Under the pieces are notes generated by a model that was given only the letters and a program-made list of their open reading frames with translations, ran no database searches and was not told the DNA's origin. Positions 13,682-27,080 of a DNA stretch of 64,000 nucleotides are shown here, one piece after another. The stretch's first letter is position 1; each line of letters begins with the position of its first letter. Origin of the DNA: Podarcis melisellensis (Eukaryota); the NCBI GenBank assembly GCA_964234715.1, contig OZ174275.1. One strand, given 5' to 3'. A program made the translations under genes and the position numbers.

Positions 13682-13726
13682 GGTTTTGGTGTCCTCGGGT
13701 GTCTTCCCGTGTAAAAGTTGGGGTGT

Positions 13727-13771
13727 CTAGGCGACGTTTCGACGAGGTCTCACTCGTCATCTTCAGGCTGG
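13727..13771 (-). ncRNA. Mirror copy of the hammerhead-like motif
   Basis: Exact reverse complement of 13783-13827 in the left arm of the foldback. Confidence 0.6.
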
Positions 13772-13782
13772 TGCTTTCGGCA

Positions 13783-13827
13783 CCAGCCTGAAGATGACGA
13801 GTGAGACCTCGTCGAAACGTCGCCTAG
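13783..13827 (+). ncRNA. Minimal type I hammerhead ribozyme-like motif
   Basis: CTGAAGA (13788-13794), T, stem II GACGAG/CTCGTC with TGAGAC loop, GAAAC (13814-13818), GTC triplet (13819-13821). Stem I is only ~2 bp. Confidence 0.6.
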
Positions 13828-13903
13828 ACACCCCAACTTTTACACGGGAAGACACCCGAGGACACCAAAACCTGCATTCCTGTACCCGTGAAAATCTACG
13901 AAA

Positions 13904-13937
<34 letters not shown>

Positions 13938-16039
13938 CCTCCCCTCTACAATTTCTTAAATTTATCTTGTAAATGTGCAACTATGTCACAGGAATTCTCG
14001 TGTTACAATTCTCTTTGTCTTCATGCATATCCTACACAGGAAGGAAGAAACTTATTTGACACTGGTAAAGTTGCAGGGAAAAGAAACGTACCTTCTAGGG
14101 TTTTTAAGGTGACACAACATCTTACTCTTTCTTGTAGCTACAGACTCTTGTTAACTGCCATCTGCATAGAGAATTTATACAAGAGAAACCCTGGACTTCT
14201 GAGCACATTCCACATCAAAGCATGGATGGAGTATTTAGAGGGCAAAAGTATGGGCATGGTTTATGAAAATAAACCTGGGTTAAGGCCCAGATATCTCCAA
14301 GTAGGGTTGCTCTGTCTGAAACCCTGGAGAGCTGATGGGTGGATCAGTTATCTGATGAGCAGGATGAGAGTACTAAATTGTTCCGTCCACCACCACTTTT
14401 TCCTCCTCAACCTCTTCCTGACAGTCACTTTCCTAACAAATTCATCTTGAAGCTCTGTCTAGAAGTAGAAGTTGTCAGTAGGTTATTATTTTATTATTAA
14501 ATTTATATAGCCACTCAGCAATAAATATTTGCTTTGATAGTGTGCAACTTAACAATGTTACAATACCATTATATAATAAATAAAGCACCGGTATAGACTA
14601 TAAAAAATGTCCCTACAGGAGAGACCAACAGTACTTCATCTGGACTGAAACTCAGTTTATTTATCTGCATCCAATCCATTGCTACAACCAAGTCCCTATT
14701 CAGGACATCCACAACCTCTGATGAGAAAGGAAGAAAGGGATGGATGTCATCTGCATACCAGGGCCATCTCAGCCAAAATCTTCAGATGACCTCTCCCAAC
14801 TGTTTAAGTGTAGATATTGTTATGAGTTGGGTGCAGGCGTAGGCTGTATGCCTGGATCCAGCATGGATTCATTTCCTGGAAAAGCCAGCCTAGCTTCCTG
14901 GCGAGGTAATAGTCCTCCAAGTATGGGCCATTAAGGTAACAAAGGATGTAGCTCTGTGCCAGATATCAAATGTGTGAATCCCCCTCCCTCAACTCATTGG
15001 TAGTTAGAAAGACAAAAGCCAGGATTGAGTTATGTGAGATAGATGACGATAATGATGATTATCAATCATCATCATCCACTTACATGCCTCAAGGAAATAT
15101 ACACAATAAAATATACACAATATAATAAAGCAACTTAAAAGCAGAAAATAACAGCAAATGAATTTTTAAAAAGACACAAAGTAGACACCCATGACAGAGA
15201 CCTATTTATTCAGCTGGGAAAGGTTGTTGGAATCATGAATCCAGCCAAGTGTTAATTTAGACCCTATTTACAGACTTGACTGTTTTCCCACCCACTTGTC
15301 CACATTCAGTTGCATTCAGCTGCCCCTGATGATATTTCATTGTTTGTGTTGGGCAGCTCTCTTCCTTTCAGCCGGCCAACCTTGTATTCATCAGAGGATC
15401 TGTTTTGTGTAACCCTCACTTCATACTCAATCTTCAAACACCTTAGAGGAGCAACTAATTTCTCTCGCTGGGTTAAAGCCAAAATTAAGATGAACTTACT
15501 TTGCAATGCATACTTTCCAAGAATCCTTGCAAGTTGGAAGGGTTGAATATGAAAAATAACACTGATGGAACAGTACAGATCTTTTGTGGCACTCTTCGTA
15601 TTTGGGACAAGTGTCTAGGGGGAAAATATAAGCGTTCTACAGTCTCTCTCTCCTACTTCGGTTGATATTGGTTTGTATTGATTTGTTTTCCCCGTGTACT
15701 TTTCTTCTGTGCCTGCCATTAGTTTAAACAATAAATCTGAAAACTCTCAGCTCTCTGCAGCGGAATAATGTTTATGGGCTTAGAACATGGCTGGGCTGGC
15801 ATGAAATAAATTTGAAGCAGCGGCTATCACATTATTTATCATTTCTATAGCTCTTCTAACACTATAAAGTGCTCTTCTATTCTTACCTTCCTTGTGCTCT
15901 CAAGAAACCTGTAAACTAAGTTGGAGTGAAAGATAAGCCCTTTTTAGGTATTAGAATCTCCTGCACAAGTAATGTTATGTGGGAGAGAGTGGAGATGAGC
16001 TCTGCTACCCAATCCCCATCAATCTCTATGAGTTGGAAG

Positions 16040-16430
16040 GCTCATGGCCATGGTACCTCAAGGACCGCCTCTCTCCATACGAACCAATGGGGACCCTGTG
16101 ATAATCATGAGGCCCTTCTTTGTGTGCCTCCTGTACAAGAGCTCCAGAGACTGGAACATGAGAACATGGCTCCTCATTTGTGGAAGGCTGTCCTCAGGGA
16201 AGCTCGCCTGGTGCCTTCATGACATATCTTTAGGCACCAGGAGAAAAAATGCTTCTCTTCAACCGGGTCTTTGGCTGATTAACATTCTGTGGCCTTTTAA
16301 ATGTCTTTGTGCGAGTGAGCTATTGGTTTGCTTTTGTTTTATTGTGTATTTTGTGTTCTCACTTTGTATTTTTATGCTGTGAACCATGTGATCTTCAGAT
16401 AAAAGGCAGTATGCAAATGTAAATTTTAAA
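16040..16430 (+). mobile_element. Degenerate L2-like LINE 3' end (boundaries approximate)
   Basis: gtggaaggctgtcctcagggaagctcgcctggtgccttc...tttaggcaccagg...ctcttcaacc pattern, followed by a T-rich 3'UTR and tgtgaaccat...aggcagtatgcaaat tail. Confidence 0.55.
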
Positions 16431-17079
16431 AAAATATAAACTTCTCTAGAAGGGAGACTTTTACATTCAGGGAGGCTCCCCACATGATTTAATAGCAGAA
16501 GAAGCAACTGCAGGCAGGATGGAGCTAGCATGTTTGTCCTTGCTCTCTGGGGGTAGAAGGGGCTTCTTAAACCAACACAGATGTAAAATGTCCAAATAGG
16601 GCTATAGAAACTTGTTCATGGCCACAGTGGTGATTACTGGTTTGAACCTGGAAAACTAAGTTTGAACAGGAAAACTAACTTTACTTTTTATGGAGTCCTT
16701 TAATGACACACTTGTGCTTGTTTGGCATCGGTTAATTTATTTATGTTGGGATGAGCTGAAGAAACACCCAGCAGCAGGTCATTCTCCACAGATAGTTTGT
16801 TTCATTGCTTTGTTTTGATTGCAGCCATTGATGAGAATCCCAGCTCCTTAAGCATGCTGTTGCAATGGGATTAAAATTTCAAGGCTTTGGTTACAATTTG
16901 GGGTATTTGTGTCTCTGTGCTATAACATGCATGCATTGTCTCACAGGAATTAACACTGTAGAACCTCCTTCCTACCTAGCATGTAAACATTCTTCAGCTT
17001 TGGTTCAAGCCCAGTTTCACTGTGTAAATGACCAATAAGTTTGCCAGTCAATCAAGGACTGGTCCAAGTGGTCATTTTT

Positions 17080-18236
17080 TTTTTTATAGTAATATTAATT
17101 AAAATTTTGTTTAAACAGTAAGAAAACATACAAAATAACATATAATTTTCCAATATCCACATTTCATTCACCTTCTTGGACTTCCTCACAACTCTCGTTC
17201 CTGCATTCCAAAATCTTAGAATTTACCAGCAATTTATTAACTTGTTTCAATTCTTAAAATATAATTTTCCAATATTATATCCCTAATTTTAGATAATTTA
17301 GATCCCAGTTTTAAAAACTTAATTTTAACATAGTATTTATCCAAAATTTATCTTTTCTTTTAATTACATTTATCTTCATATTCCTTTTAACTAATTTCTT
17401 GGTGCCGTGTTGTTGCTAATCTTACATCTTTCTTAACATTCATACAATTTGCAATGTTTTTGTAAGTAATCCTTAAATTTCTTCCAGTCCTCCTCCACAG
17501 CTTCTTCTCCCAGGTCTCGGATTCTGCCAGTCATTTCCGCCAGTTCCATATAGTCCATCAGTTGCATCTGCCATTCTTCCAGTGTGGGCAAATCTTGGGT
17601 TTTCCAGTATTTAGCGATGAGTATCCTTGCTGCTGTTGTAGCATACATAAAAAAGTTCAGTCTTTCTTTAACACCCTCTGGCCAACAATGCCTAAAAGAA
17701 AGGCCTCTGGTTTCTTAGGAAAGGTATACTTAAATACCTTTTTCAGCTCATTATATATCATTTCCCAGAAAGCCTTAACTCTAGGGCAGGTCCACCAGAG
17801 GTGAAAGAACGTTCCTTCAGTTTCTTTACATTTCCAACATTTATTATCTGACAAATGGTATATCTTTGCTAGCTTGACTGGGGTCATGTACCACCTGTAT
17901 ATCATTTTCATAATATTTTCTTTCAAGGCATTACATGCCGTGAATCTCAGGCCAGTGGTCCATAACCTTTCCCAGTCAGCAAACATAATATTATACCCTA
18001 TGTCCTGTGCCCATTTTATCATAGCTGATTTGACCGTTTCATCTTGTGTGTTCCATTTTAGCAGCAAGTTATACATTCTTGAAAGTATCTTAGAACTGGG
18101 TTCTAACAGTTCTGTTTCTAACTTTGATTTTTCCACCTGGAATCCAATCTTTTTATCCAACTTAAAAACTTCTTTAATCTGAGCGTAATGTAACCAATCT
18201 CGCACTTTATCCTTTAGTTTCTCCAAACTCTGCAAC
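17080..18236 (-). mobile_element. 5'-truncated L1/Tx1-clade LINE: ORF2 C-terminus (frameshifted) plus 3'UTR and poly(A)
   Basis: ORFs 17657-18235 and 17433-17648 carry the zinc knuckle CWKCKETEGTFFHLWWTC and AARILIAKYWK. Poly(T) at 17075-17085. 16-bp TSD ccaagt(g/a)gtcattttt at 17064-17079 and 18237-18252. Confidence 0.92.
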
Positions 18237-19199
18237 CCAAGTAGTCATTTTTGTACCCCCAACCCTCCCAGCTATCTCTTCCTCTCTTCCTCCCATCTGA
18301 GGTAGAGGCTGGTCTTTTAGGGCAAATGGGGTGCTGCCCCACCAACTTCAGACAACACCCACATGAATTACAAGCAGTCCAGGTGGTGGTACTGCCTGTC
18401 AGCTTCATCCTCCAGAGGGCCGATCCACCCTCGCCGGCAAAACCCTGAATTGTGCTGTTTGGTGGGTTCATACTTGTGCCCATTCTAGATTTGCCCTGGG
18501 ACCCTCTCCAGAAAACCCATGTTTCTTTGTCCACTATTGGGTTGTTCTTAGTCCAATTTTGTGCATCTGCCTTGCTTTGGCCTTTGTGCGTGCTGGGGCT
18601 CAGAGCGGCTGTTCCTAAGATAAGTTGCTAATGATGCTCTAGCTTTCCAGGGTACAGACAGCTGCCCTGTGGATCTCAATGTAGTGGCAGGGCCACTGCT
18701 GCATCCACAGCCCAGCTGAACGTGCCAACCTGAGCGAAAGGTGGAGGCAGGCAGTTCACTGTGTCAACCTGGAGCTGGGACATCTCCACCCAGTTCAGCA
18801 CTCCCCATTCCAGTCTGGAGCAAAAGGGGTTTGGATTGCTCTGCTAGTCAACATTATAAAAAGATACATTTGCAAAATTTCATACCTATTGTTAAATGGA
18901 ATACCATGCCATTTGCATCTGACAGATCACATTGCATAAAATTATTAAATTCTCTTTTGGTGACAGCATCGTTCCTCTATAAAACGATCTACCCCCAAAC
19001 TATAATGTCATATCTATTGTCTTATTTTTGTTGCTCATAGAGTCTGTTCAGGAGAATTTACTTGAAGTCATTCAGGCAAAAATAATCTTAGGTAACCTAT
19101 CCTCAGATAAACATTGAAGCTTAATTCAATAATCAAATGGGTTCAGGGGAGCTTTCCTTCATAATGCCCTTTTCAGCTCTTAATAGAACCACGGTTAGT

Positions 19200-19760
19200 A
19201 TTGTGCAGTGCTTAAGAGCCTGCACTGGATATTTTAAAGCTGAACACAGCCTGGGTAGCCTTAGGCAAGCAACTACCTCTCAGCACCCATCTGTAATATG
19301 AGGAAACTTAATTTTGTTGATTTATTTAAGAGATTTCTAGGTCACCTTTTTGTAAAAATGATCAGGGCAGCTTGCTGCACAAATGACAAAACAGCAACAC
19401 ATAAAAGTGCAATTAAAACCAAACAAAGAACATATTAAGGCAGTAGTAAAGAAAAAATATCAGAAAAACAGATAAAGCCAATGTTAGAACCAGATCACTC
19501 TACATTATGGAAAGCCTGGGTGAACAGAAGTGGCTTCATTTGCTGTCAGAATGATATCACATGTAAGATGTAGATGGGCTGCCATGACTGAAAAAATCCT
19601 CACCTAAGGACCACTTCATTACAGGTAGTGGAGAGATCTACAGGAAAGCCTTAGATGATGAATGCAGTGTCTAAGCAGATGCAAATGATGGAAGGTGGTC
19701 CTTAAAGTATCCAGATTTCAGTCTGTTTTAGAGTTTCAGATGCTTTGAGATATTGGTTCA
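19200..19760. mobile_element. Old MIR-like SINE fragment abutting a reverse L2-like 3' fragment (approximate)
   Basis: ctgggtagccttaggcaagcaactacctctcagc...catctgtaatatgagg, then tttatttaagagatttctaggtcaccttt...aaagcctgggtgaacagaag pattern. Confidence 0.45.
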
Positions 19761-20930
19761 CTGTACAGACCAGTTTTAAAGACTACCGAGATCATTTATG
19801 TGAAACACTTTGAGCGCATTGTCAAGGCCCAACTTAAAGTGGGTCATATTATGGGGTTCCAGCAACATTTCTCCCCCTCCCCATTTCTTTGTAAGAGGAG
19901 GAGAACAACAGGGGGAGAAATAAGGAGACACAGGAAAAAGGCAGGAAATGGACATATACAGTTAGAACATTTAAAGTGGGTTTTGCTCTGAACAAAATGA
20001 GCTCTCTTCCTGCACCTGCAAATAGTATAGACAGTAGCATTTAACGTTGCTATATTTAAGATGAAAATAACAATAAACCAGACTACCTCAGTGGGGTGAT
20101 GAGATTATTGTAATTTAAGTTAATGAGGAAGCCAGTGGGGAAGAGGAGCAAGAAGGCAGCTAAGACTGCAAAGTGGGAAAGAAATAGTAGCCATGTTTTT
20201 ATAGCAGCAATAGGCGTTACCATTAATGGCTACGTGGAATTAAATTTATAACCAGGATTGAAACCCTCTCATGGAAAAAGCAGAGTTGTGTTGCATGTCC
20301 CTTTAAGAGCGACTGTTCTGGCTGCTCAGCAATTCATGCCATTAATACCAAGTACTGTAAGTTTCCAGTATTACTGAACTCTCGGTGACCTTCACAGACA
20401 ATAATTGCTTTAGCATAGGATGGACAATAACAGCAACAAACTCCCCCAAAATAAGCACAGGCTTAAAATACATTTTAACCCTAGAGACCTAAGCATGTAA
20501 AGAATACATTGTCTCTCTCCTGTGTTGCTCCATGATTAATAATATAGGCTGGGACAGTTGGGGAGGGGAGAGAGAAAAGGTTGTTTCCCCCCTGAAAAGG
20601 ATTTTTAGATGTCTCGTGTTCCAGTCTGTCAGCTGGCAAGGAGCCAAGCAACTACTGTGAATAGACTGTCCTGCACAGAGATTCTGTTCTCCATTGTGCT
20701 GCTCTCCACTGTGGGCATATCTTAGCAGGAAGTTCTCCTGGGCATCAGAATGAATGGGAGCTGCTCAATTACTCTGTGCTTTTATAGTTCCAGCTCATTT
20801 CAGTAGGGTTTGTACAGAAAACACTGGAAAGAATAAACCCACTGAAGTGACATTTGGGGCTCTGAGACGCTTTATGTGGGGACTATTCTTCTGCCTTCCT
20901 CCAAAATGAATCCCCCTAAAGCTATGGGAT

Positions 20931-21201
20931 CAGAACAGGCTCTATGATGAAGCAGAGTGAGGCAGCTGCCTCAGGTGGCAGATGCTGAGGTGCGGGGAGT
21001 GGACAGAGCTGTAAGTGCCATGTGACCTACCTTGCACCCCCTAAGCTAAGCTGCTGCCCTCAGATGCAGCGGAGGATAATGCCTTTCACCAGTATTGGAG
21101 GAAGATTCAACTACCAGTCTGATTAGCTTCTGTAGGTGCCTTGGGGGCGGCTGCCATCTTGTCCTTCACCTCAGGCAGCAAAAGGTCTTGAGTTGGCCCT
21201 A
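20931..21201. mobile_element. Decayed hAT non-autonomous element
   Basis: Perfect 8-bp TSD tatgggat (20923-20930 / 21202-21209). Degenerate CAGGGCCGGCTC-type TIRs and repeated gcctcagg subterminal motifs. Confidence 0.7.
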
Positions 21202-22794
21202 TATGGGATTTACCCAGAGTTCTCTGACCTGGGTTTCCCTCTACCTCGGGAGATACCATTGCTTTCCCTGTAGACATGGTTTATGCTTCAATAGTAGCCA
21301 TGTTTGATTGCTGAGACAGCTGGTGGAGCCAGCTTTCCAGCCCAAGCACCAGGTCTTCTCATTATGGGATGTTCTTCCCCAGAGGCTTCCTGCATATTTT
21401 AAAGCTCACACTATCAACAGTGAAATACACAAAGCCCTTAAATGTTACCACATCAATACAGCACTTCCGTGATGACTCAGAAACTCTTCCACAAATGCTA
21501 AAACACTTGCATAGGCACAACTAGGGGATCTAGCGCTTGCCTTCGTAAGCAAAGGGACAAAGATAAAATCCGATACAAAAATCCGACATATCAGACCCTG
21601 CACAGATCTCCAAAATGCTTGATACACACAGCCACAAAACATAACACCCTCTTTCCAAGTCCCTGTGGGCGTTGCAGTGCCTCAAATTATTGAGCCTGTA
21701 TAATTTGCATTTGAAATAACTTTGCTGGATTTGTTTATTAAAAGTGTTTCATAAAGAAGAAAAAGGAATGTAATTTTAAGTAGCCAAAACATTCCAGCTT
21801 TCTTAACGCTAGATAAGAAGAGATGCTCTCAAGTGGCTGAGAGGAAACTCACTTTTTCCAATCCAATGAAAGCTACAGTATTTAGAAACTGGGAATAAAT
21901 GCTGTAGTTTGGCAGCTTTGTCAGACATAATGTGCTATTATAGAACAGCATTTCCTCCAGCTCCAATCGGAAACAGCTAAAGACGAAGAATTCTAAATAT
22001 GGATAGTGAAGCCTGCAAGAGAGTATAGCTGTTTTTCATTAAAAACATCTCTAATATCTCTATAAAAAACACAATCGTTATTAGTTTGAAACTTGTCCTC
22101 TTTAAATAAATAAGGTTTTTTTTAACCCTAAAGGAATGATCATTCCCATTTCAAAACTTGTGGTTTTGAAAAATGGACACATTCTTGCCTCTATAACAGC
22201 CACTTTGTATCAGCGCCTTATATCCACATGTATGATCACTGCCAAATTAATTGAGTGAAGGTTTCGTAATGATTAATGGGGATTACAAAGCTATTGGCAC
22301 TGTTAGCCCTGCGTATAGCAGTCTTGAGATTTTTTCCTAAACTAGCAACCTCCACAAGTAGGAAGAAGTAGTGGAATATTTCTACAAGGCCAGATGTAAG
22401 CCATATGGTGATCTACTGTTATAGGCATTAGCAATATGTCTTGGCTGAATCATGTTGGATAAAGTGCCCCAGTGGAAAGGATATCATTGAGTCATTAGTG
22501 TATGACCAGAGGTTTCCAGGGTCTAATCCTTTAGAAGGGGATACTGTGCCTATAAATTTCACCCAATTCTGCCAAAAATGTTATAGCCCCATTTGTTGAT
22601 TTTCTATTTTTAGTTAATGGAGAGACACTTGAAGCTTTGGAAAGTAAAGCAAGTCTCCACTTCATATGCAAAGCAAGGTATGTCTTGTCCAAAGTGAAGT
22701 GGCTCCCTACCAAGAAATCAAAGTAGGTTCCAAGGCTCTACATCTCTATTGGAAACCTTTATGTTAATGATGTTTCCCATCAGAGAACTGAATA

Positions 22795-23037
22795 TAGTTG
22801 GATCCCGAACGCCTTGGTACTCAGACATTTTGGCTGCTGAATGCTGCAAACCCGGAGGTGAGTGTTCTGGTTTGCGAAAGTTCTTTGGAACCCGTATGTC
22901 CGAAGGGGCTTCCGCAGCTTCTGATTGGCTGCAGGAGCTTCCTGCTGCCAATCAGAAGCCGTGCTTTGGTCTCCGAATGTTTTGGAAGTCAAACGGACTT
23001 CTGGAACGGATTCCGTTTGACTTTCAAGGTACGACTG
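22795..23037. mobile_element. Tigger/pogo-like MITE (left TIR damaged)
   Basis: Ends in aaggtacgactg|TA. Body is the reverse complement of the 47060 copy. Confidence 0.8.
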
Positions 23038-24464
23038 TACCTGTTTCCTTCTCTTTCTTTTCTCCTCTTGGGTCACAATGCTTGGTCTGAGATTGAACAA
23101 ATTAATTAAACACAGAAAACTGAACACGGACACAGATTACTAGACCTCATTTCCAATATATAGTACATATCCAAATTATACACACTGTATGGAGTTTTTG
23201 TGTTCCTTATAGTTTACGGAACAGGCTTACACCTAACTTTTGCAAGTACACATCTTCCTTTATTTATTGTTAATCCAGAAGTAGACAGCGTGGTATACTT
23301 TGAGGAGGTACTAGGCTGAATACAGACTTTCAGATGAATGGAAGATAGATATTGGTTGTGACCTCCACAGGAAGGAATGCTTCTCTAGCTTCCCTTGCAC
23401 ATATGTAAATATTCATACCAGCAAAAACGTAATATTGCTGAATGCACACAGCTCCAGTTTTGGTTCTCTGCATATTGTTATGGCTGTTGAGATATATAAC
23501 TCATTCTCCTGGAAAAGTCTGTTTTCATAGTAATCTAGTTACTAAGCAATCTCTCAGGTGCCACTGTGGTGGGAAAGCACATCCCAGACAGATTGTAATG
23601 ACTGCTGACATCAGGCCAGCTTTCCCCCTCGTTCCATATAAAAAGCTAGCAAATCCTAAATCATCAGTGAAGCCACGGTGCTTACTTGCCCTCATCATTC
23701 AAGCATGTCTTTACATTGGGGACTAAATCCATCATGACACAGTTTAAGCAAGAAATTTATTACATGGTGTCTAAAAGCCGTTCTGAGTGGGTCTGAAAAA
23801 TTAAAAGTAGGATTAGGCTTTCAGCACAACGCATGTGCATCCCAAGAAAATATTGCTGAATAAATAACACTGCTTGCTTTAAATTAAAAAAAGATACCAC
23901 TAGGATAGATATTTATATCCATCCTACACTTTATGTTTCAAGAGCACATAGTCAAAATGACGCCTTTGTACCATTTGGATGTTAATGTCAGAAAAGAGAA
24001 ATGCATTTGAGTAATGAAAAGTTGACAGGGTATAATCCCAATTTATCAAAATCCATTTAAATATCCCCCCATTGTCCTCTATGAGCTCTAGGCAGCATCC
24101 TCTGCTTGTGAAATAAATAAATAAATAAATAAATGCCAGGCTATGTTCTGGGAGTTGATATTGGTTTGGTAAAACTGACCTTATTAGCAGATTTGGCTGG
24201 ACTGTGTTATTTATATGCAGACCAAATGATGAGCTTAACTTTCTCATAACTGTTTTGAAAATGCTCTGAGCACGCATCCTTTTATTTTCAGCAGACAAAT
24301 CCTTGTGGATGGTTGCAACATTGTTGTGCCAGATGTAGTCCATATATCCAAGCATAAAAGGTGTGTAGTATATTTGTAACAATTCTACCAACTATGGACA
24401 ATGGGGGGGGGGGAATCATAGGAGAACCCCAATCCAGCACCATCATATGGCTTCTGCAAAATTA

Positions 24465-24723
24465 CCGTATTTTTTGCTCTAAAAGACGCACCAGACCACA
24501 AGACGCACCTAGTTTTTGGAGGAGGAAAACAAGAGAAAAAAAAATCTGAATCTCAGAAGCCTGAACAGCAAGAGGGATCACTGCGCGGTGAAAGCAGCAA
24601 TCCCTCTTGCTGTTCTGGCTTCTGGGATAGCTGCGCACCCTGCATTCGCTCCATAAGACGCACACACATTTCTCCTTACTTTTTAGGAGGGAAAAAGTGA
24701 GTCTTATAGAGCAAAAAATACGG
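24465..24723. mobile_element. Tc1/mariner-superfamily MITE with CCGTATTTTT TIRs
   Basis: TA|ccgtattttttgctcta...tagagcaaaaaatacgg|TA. Near-identical inverted copy at 30745. Confidence 0.9.
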
Positions 24724-25559
24724 TAAGTCCCATCTCACTAACCTTTTAGAGGTGTGTTTTTAGTGTTCTTATTTTTAATCTTTTAGCTGCCTCGCGTCCT
24801 GTAAGGGAAAAATTGAGTTATAATAATAACAACAACAACAGTGAGCATATGGATGGGGTAGACATTATCTACTTAAGACTTAAGGTTTTTCATCACCAAA
24901 GATTCCCAAGTATAGCAGACATACAGGTGAACACTTTAAGAACAGCTAAGGAAAAGACTAAGGATAAAGGCACAGGCATATCTCATACTCAAATAAAAGT
25001 ATGGGGGAAAGGACATGTAGGTTGCAATGCACTACATCAGACAGCAGAGCAACCCAAAAAGAAATAGTCCATGACAGCAACCAGTAGTAACCTACCAGCT
25101 TTCTTTCTAAGATGTATTCCAGGTACCCATAATTCATGCATTGTCTGATTACAGCTAGCTTGCAAGGAATGTGAGAGAAAGCAATGTAGACAAAACATAA
25201 CAGCAAGTGAATTCTGCTGTTGACAGAAGAAATGACCAACCTATGGATTGGTCAAAGAGAACAGCTAATGACTCAAGAATTTGTCAAGATTAAATCATAA
25301 TGGAATCTTTAATAGGTTTCTAATTGTGTAACGGGGTGGACTTAACTACAGAGCAGGGATTGCGCCCAGAAAAGCTGTTGTTATGGATGAAGAGTCCAAA
25401 TGCATATAAAGAGAGATTCAAAACAGAAAGGAGCGGATCTTTGTTATGCAGGAATTTTTCAAACCTTTTCATAGTTAAAATGCCAGGCTGGCCCAAGTGT
25501 CTTGGTGTTAATAGTTGACAAATGGCTGTATTTTATGAGAGTGCCTGGAAGGATAAATA

Positions 25560-25750
25560 CAAGGGCTATGGTAGAACACACACTTTGCATGAAAAAATAC
25601 CCCATGTCCAGTTCCTTGAATCTCCAGGTAGTGTTGGGAAAGATTCCTGGCAGAAACTCTGGAGTCACTACCAGTCAATATACAAGGTAAAGGATCCATG
25701 TAGGGTTAAATCCAGTCAAATACTACACTAGATGGACCAGTATAATATAG
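25560..25750 (+). mobile_element. Degenerate tRNA-derived squamate SINE (Squam3-like; approximate)
   Basis: ggtagaaca...tttgcatg...atctccaggtag...ctggag...ccagtc...ctagatggacca pattern shared with 26935-27080. Confidence 0.5.
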
Positions 25751-26878
25751 TTTCTAATGTTTTTAGGTACTTATTCCAAGTATCCATGTTGTCATAATAG
25801 ATACATGATTGTTCAAAGAGATATGGTACATAGAAATGGATTGTGAAGAGTAATGAATGGTGTTGCGCATCATCTAAACTGATGTCAAGGATGTTACTGT
25901 AGTTTCATCGTCCATTGCAATGAAACACTGCAAGACTAGTAACGACTTGGTAAGTAGTTTATACCCAGAAAGGATTTGATGTCCCCTATATAGAATGTCT
26001 TCAAGTTTTGTGACATAGCTGTTATTTACTCAGTACTTACCTGCATAATATATATTTTAATAAGGAATCTTGCTTTAGCCCTGGTAACTTCAAATTTAAT
26101 GAAATGAGCTACCAGCAGGAGTTAGTTATTTCATCAACTTGTCTTTTAGACACTGTTTTGGCATAATCCTGGTAGAATTTGCCTGGAGTAGAGCAGATTG
26201 ATCTGAAAGTCTCTTACTCTAATAAATGCTTGACCTCGAGGTCTGCTGAATTCACTAGACACAGAAAACTGGGGAACCAATTGCCTTGGTGGAACATCCT
26301 ATTCTGCAGCCCTCATTTGATAAAGGCCTTGACTGCTTTCAACCTTTTCAAGATGACTAGATGAAAGCTGCTGTCTCAGAGTGGAAAGGTTAATCGACTA
26401 CTGTGTTGTTAATCAATCACTTGAAAAGACTGAGCACTGGTAACTCCTTCCAGCCACAGGTTCTTGCATAGTCATGTGGGACCTTCTCATTCAGCTTAAA
26501 GGGAAAACAGGCAAAAACGTAGCCCATTCAAGACCCTGGATGCTGGTTCCTGACCATGGTGAGGCAGTGGTAACTTTATAGAGGGCTCTAAAGGTTTGAG
26601 AGGTGAAGATAGTAACAAATACCTGTTAAAAGACTTACGTGCTTCCCCAAACTTGATTGGACTCAGATTCTTAATCTTTATATTCTTTTTTCATGCACTG
26701 TGCAGTTTTACTTATAATACACAGTTTTATTTCATTTTATTTAGTTGTTACAAAGTCTCATTTAATGTTACCGTATTTTTACATGAATCTTTAAGGTCCT
26801 TCTTCAGGTTTCCCGGCCTAAAAAATATTAGCTGGGTGGCCAATAAGAACAGGGTCCTTTCAGTGGTGGTTCTCTCCC

Positions 26879-26937
26879 CAGGAAACACAAGAAGCTCTTT
26901 ATAAGGAACAGGAAACACAAGAAGCTCTTTATAAGGA
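26879..26937. repeat. 30-bp tandem duplication
   Basis: caggaaacacaagaagctctttataagga occurs twice with period 30. Confidence 0.95.
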
Positions 26938-27080
26938 GTCAGACTATTGGTCCATCTTGTTCAGTGTTTGTCATCTACACTGACTGGCAGTGGCTTGCCA
27001 AGGTTTCAGGCAGGGAACATTCCAGCTGCACCAAGATGCTGGGGATTGCATCTGGGACCTTCTGCATGCCAAGCATGTGC
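26935..27080 (-). mobile_element. Degenerate tRNA-derived squamate SINE (Squam3-like)
   Basis: gagtcagactattggtccatc...actgactggcag...ggtttcaggcaggg...ggggattgcatctgggaccttctgcatgccaagc. Confidence 0.6.

Larger units (their letters stand above)
13677..13905 (+). mobile_element. Penelope-like element remnant: 3' pLTR with inverted copy (foldback) inserted in (AT)n
   Basis: Perfect inverted arms 13677-13774 / 13780-13877, hammerhead-like core, unpaired tail tcctgtacccgtgaaaatctacgaaagc, flanked by (AT)n at 13651-13678 and 13906-13936. Confidence 0.8.

Noticed and set aside
13136-13714. 192-aa plus-strand ORF
   Set aside because: Runs through the (AT)n tract (YIYIYI) into the foldback element and has no recognisable domain. 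It may be decayed retroelement sequence but cannot be supported as a gene.
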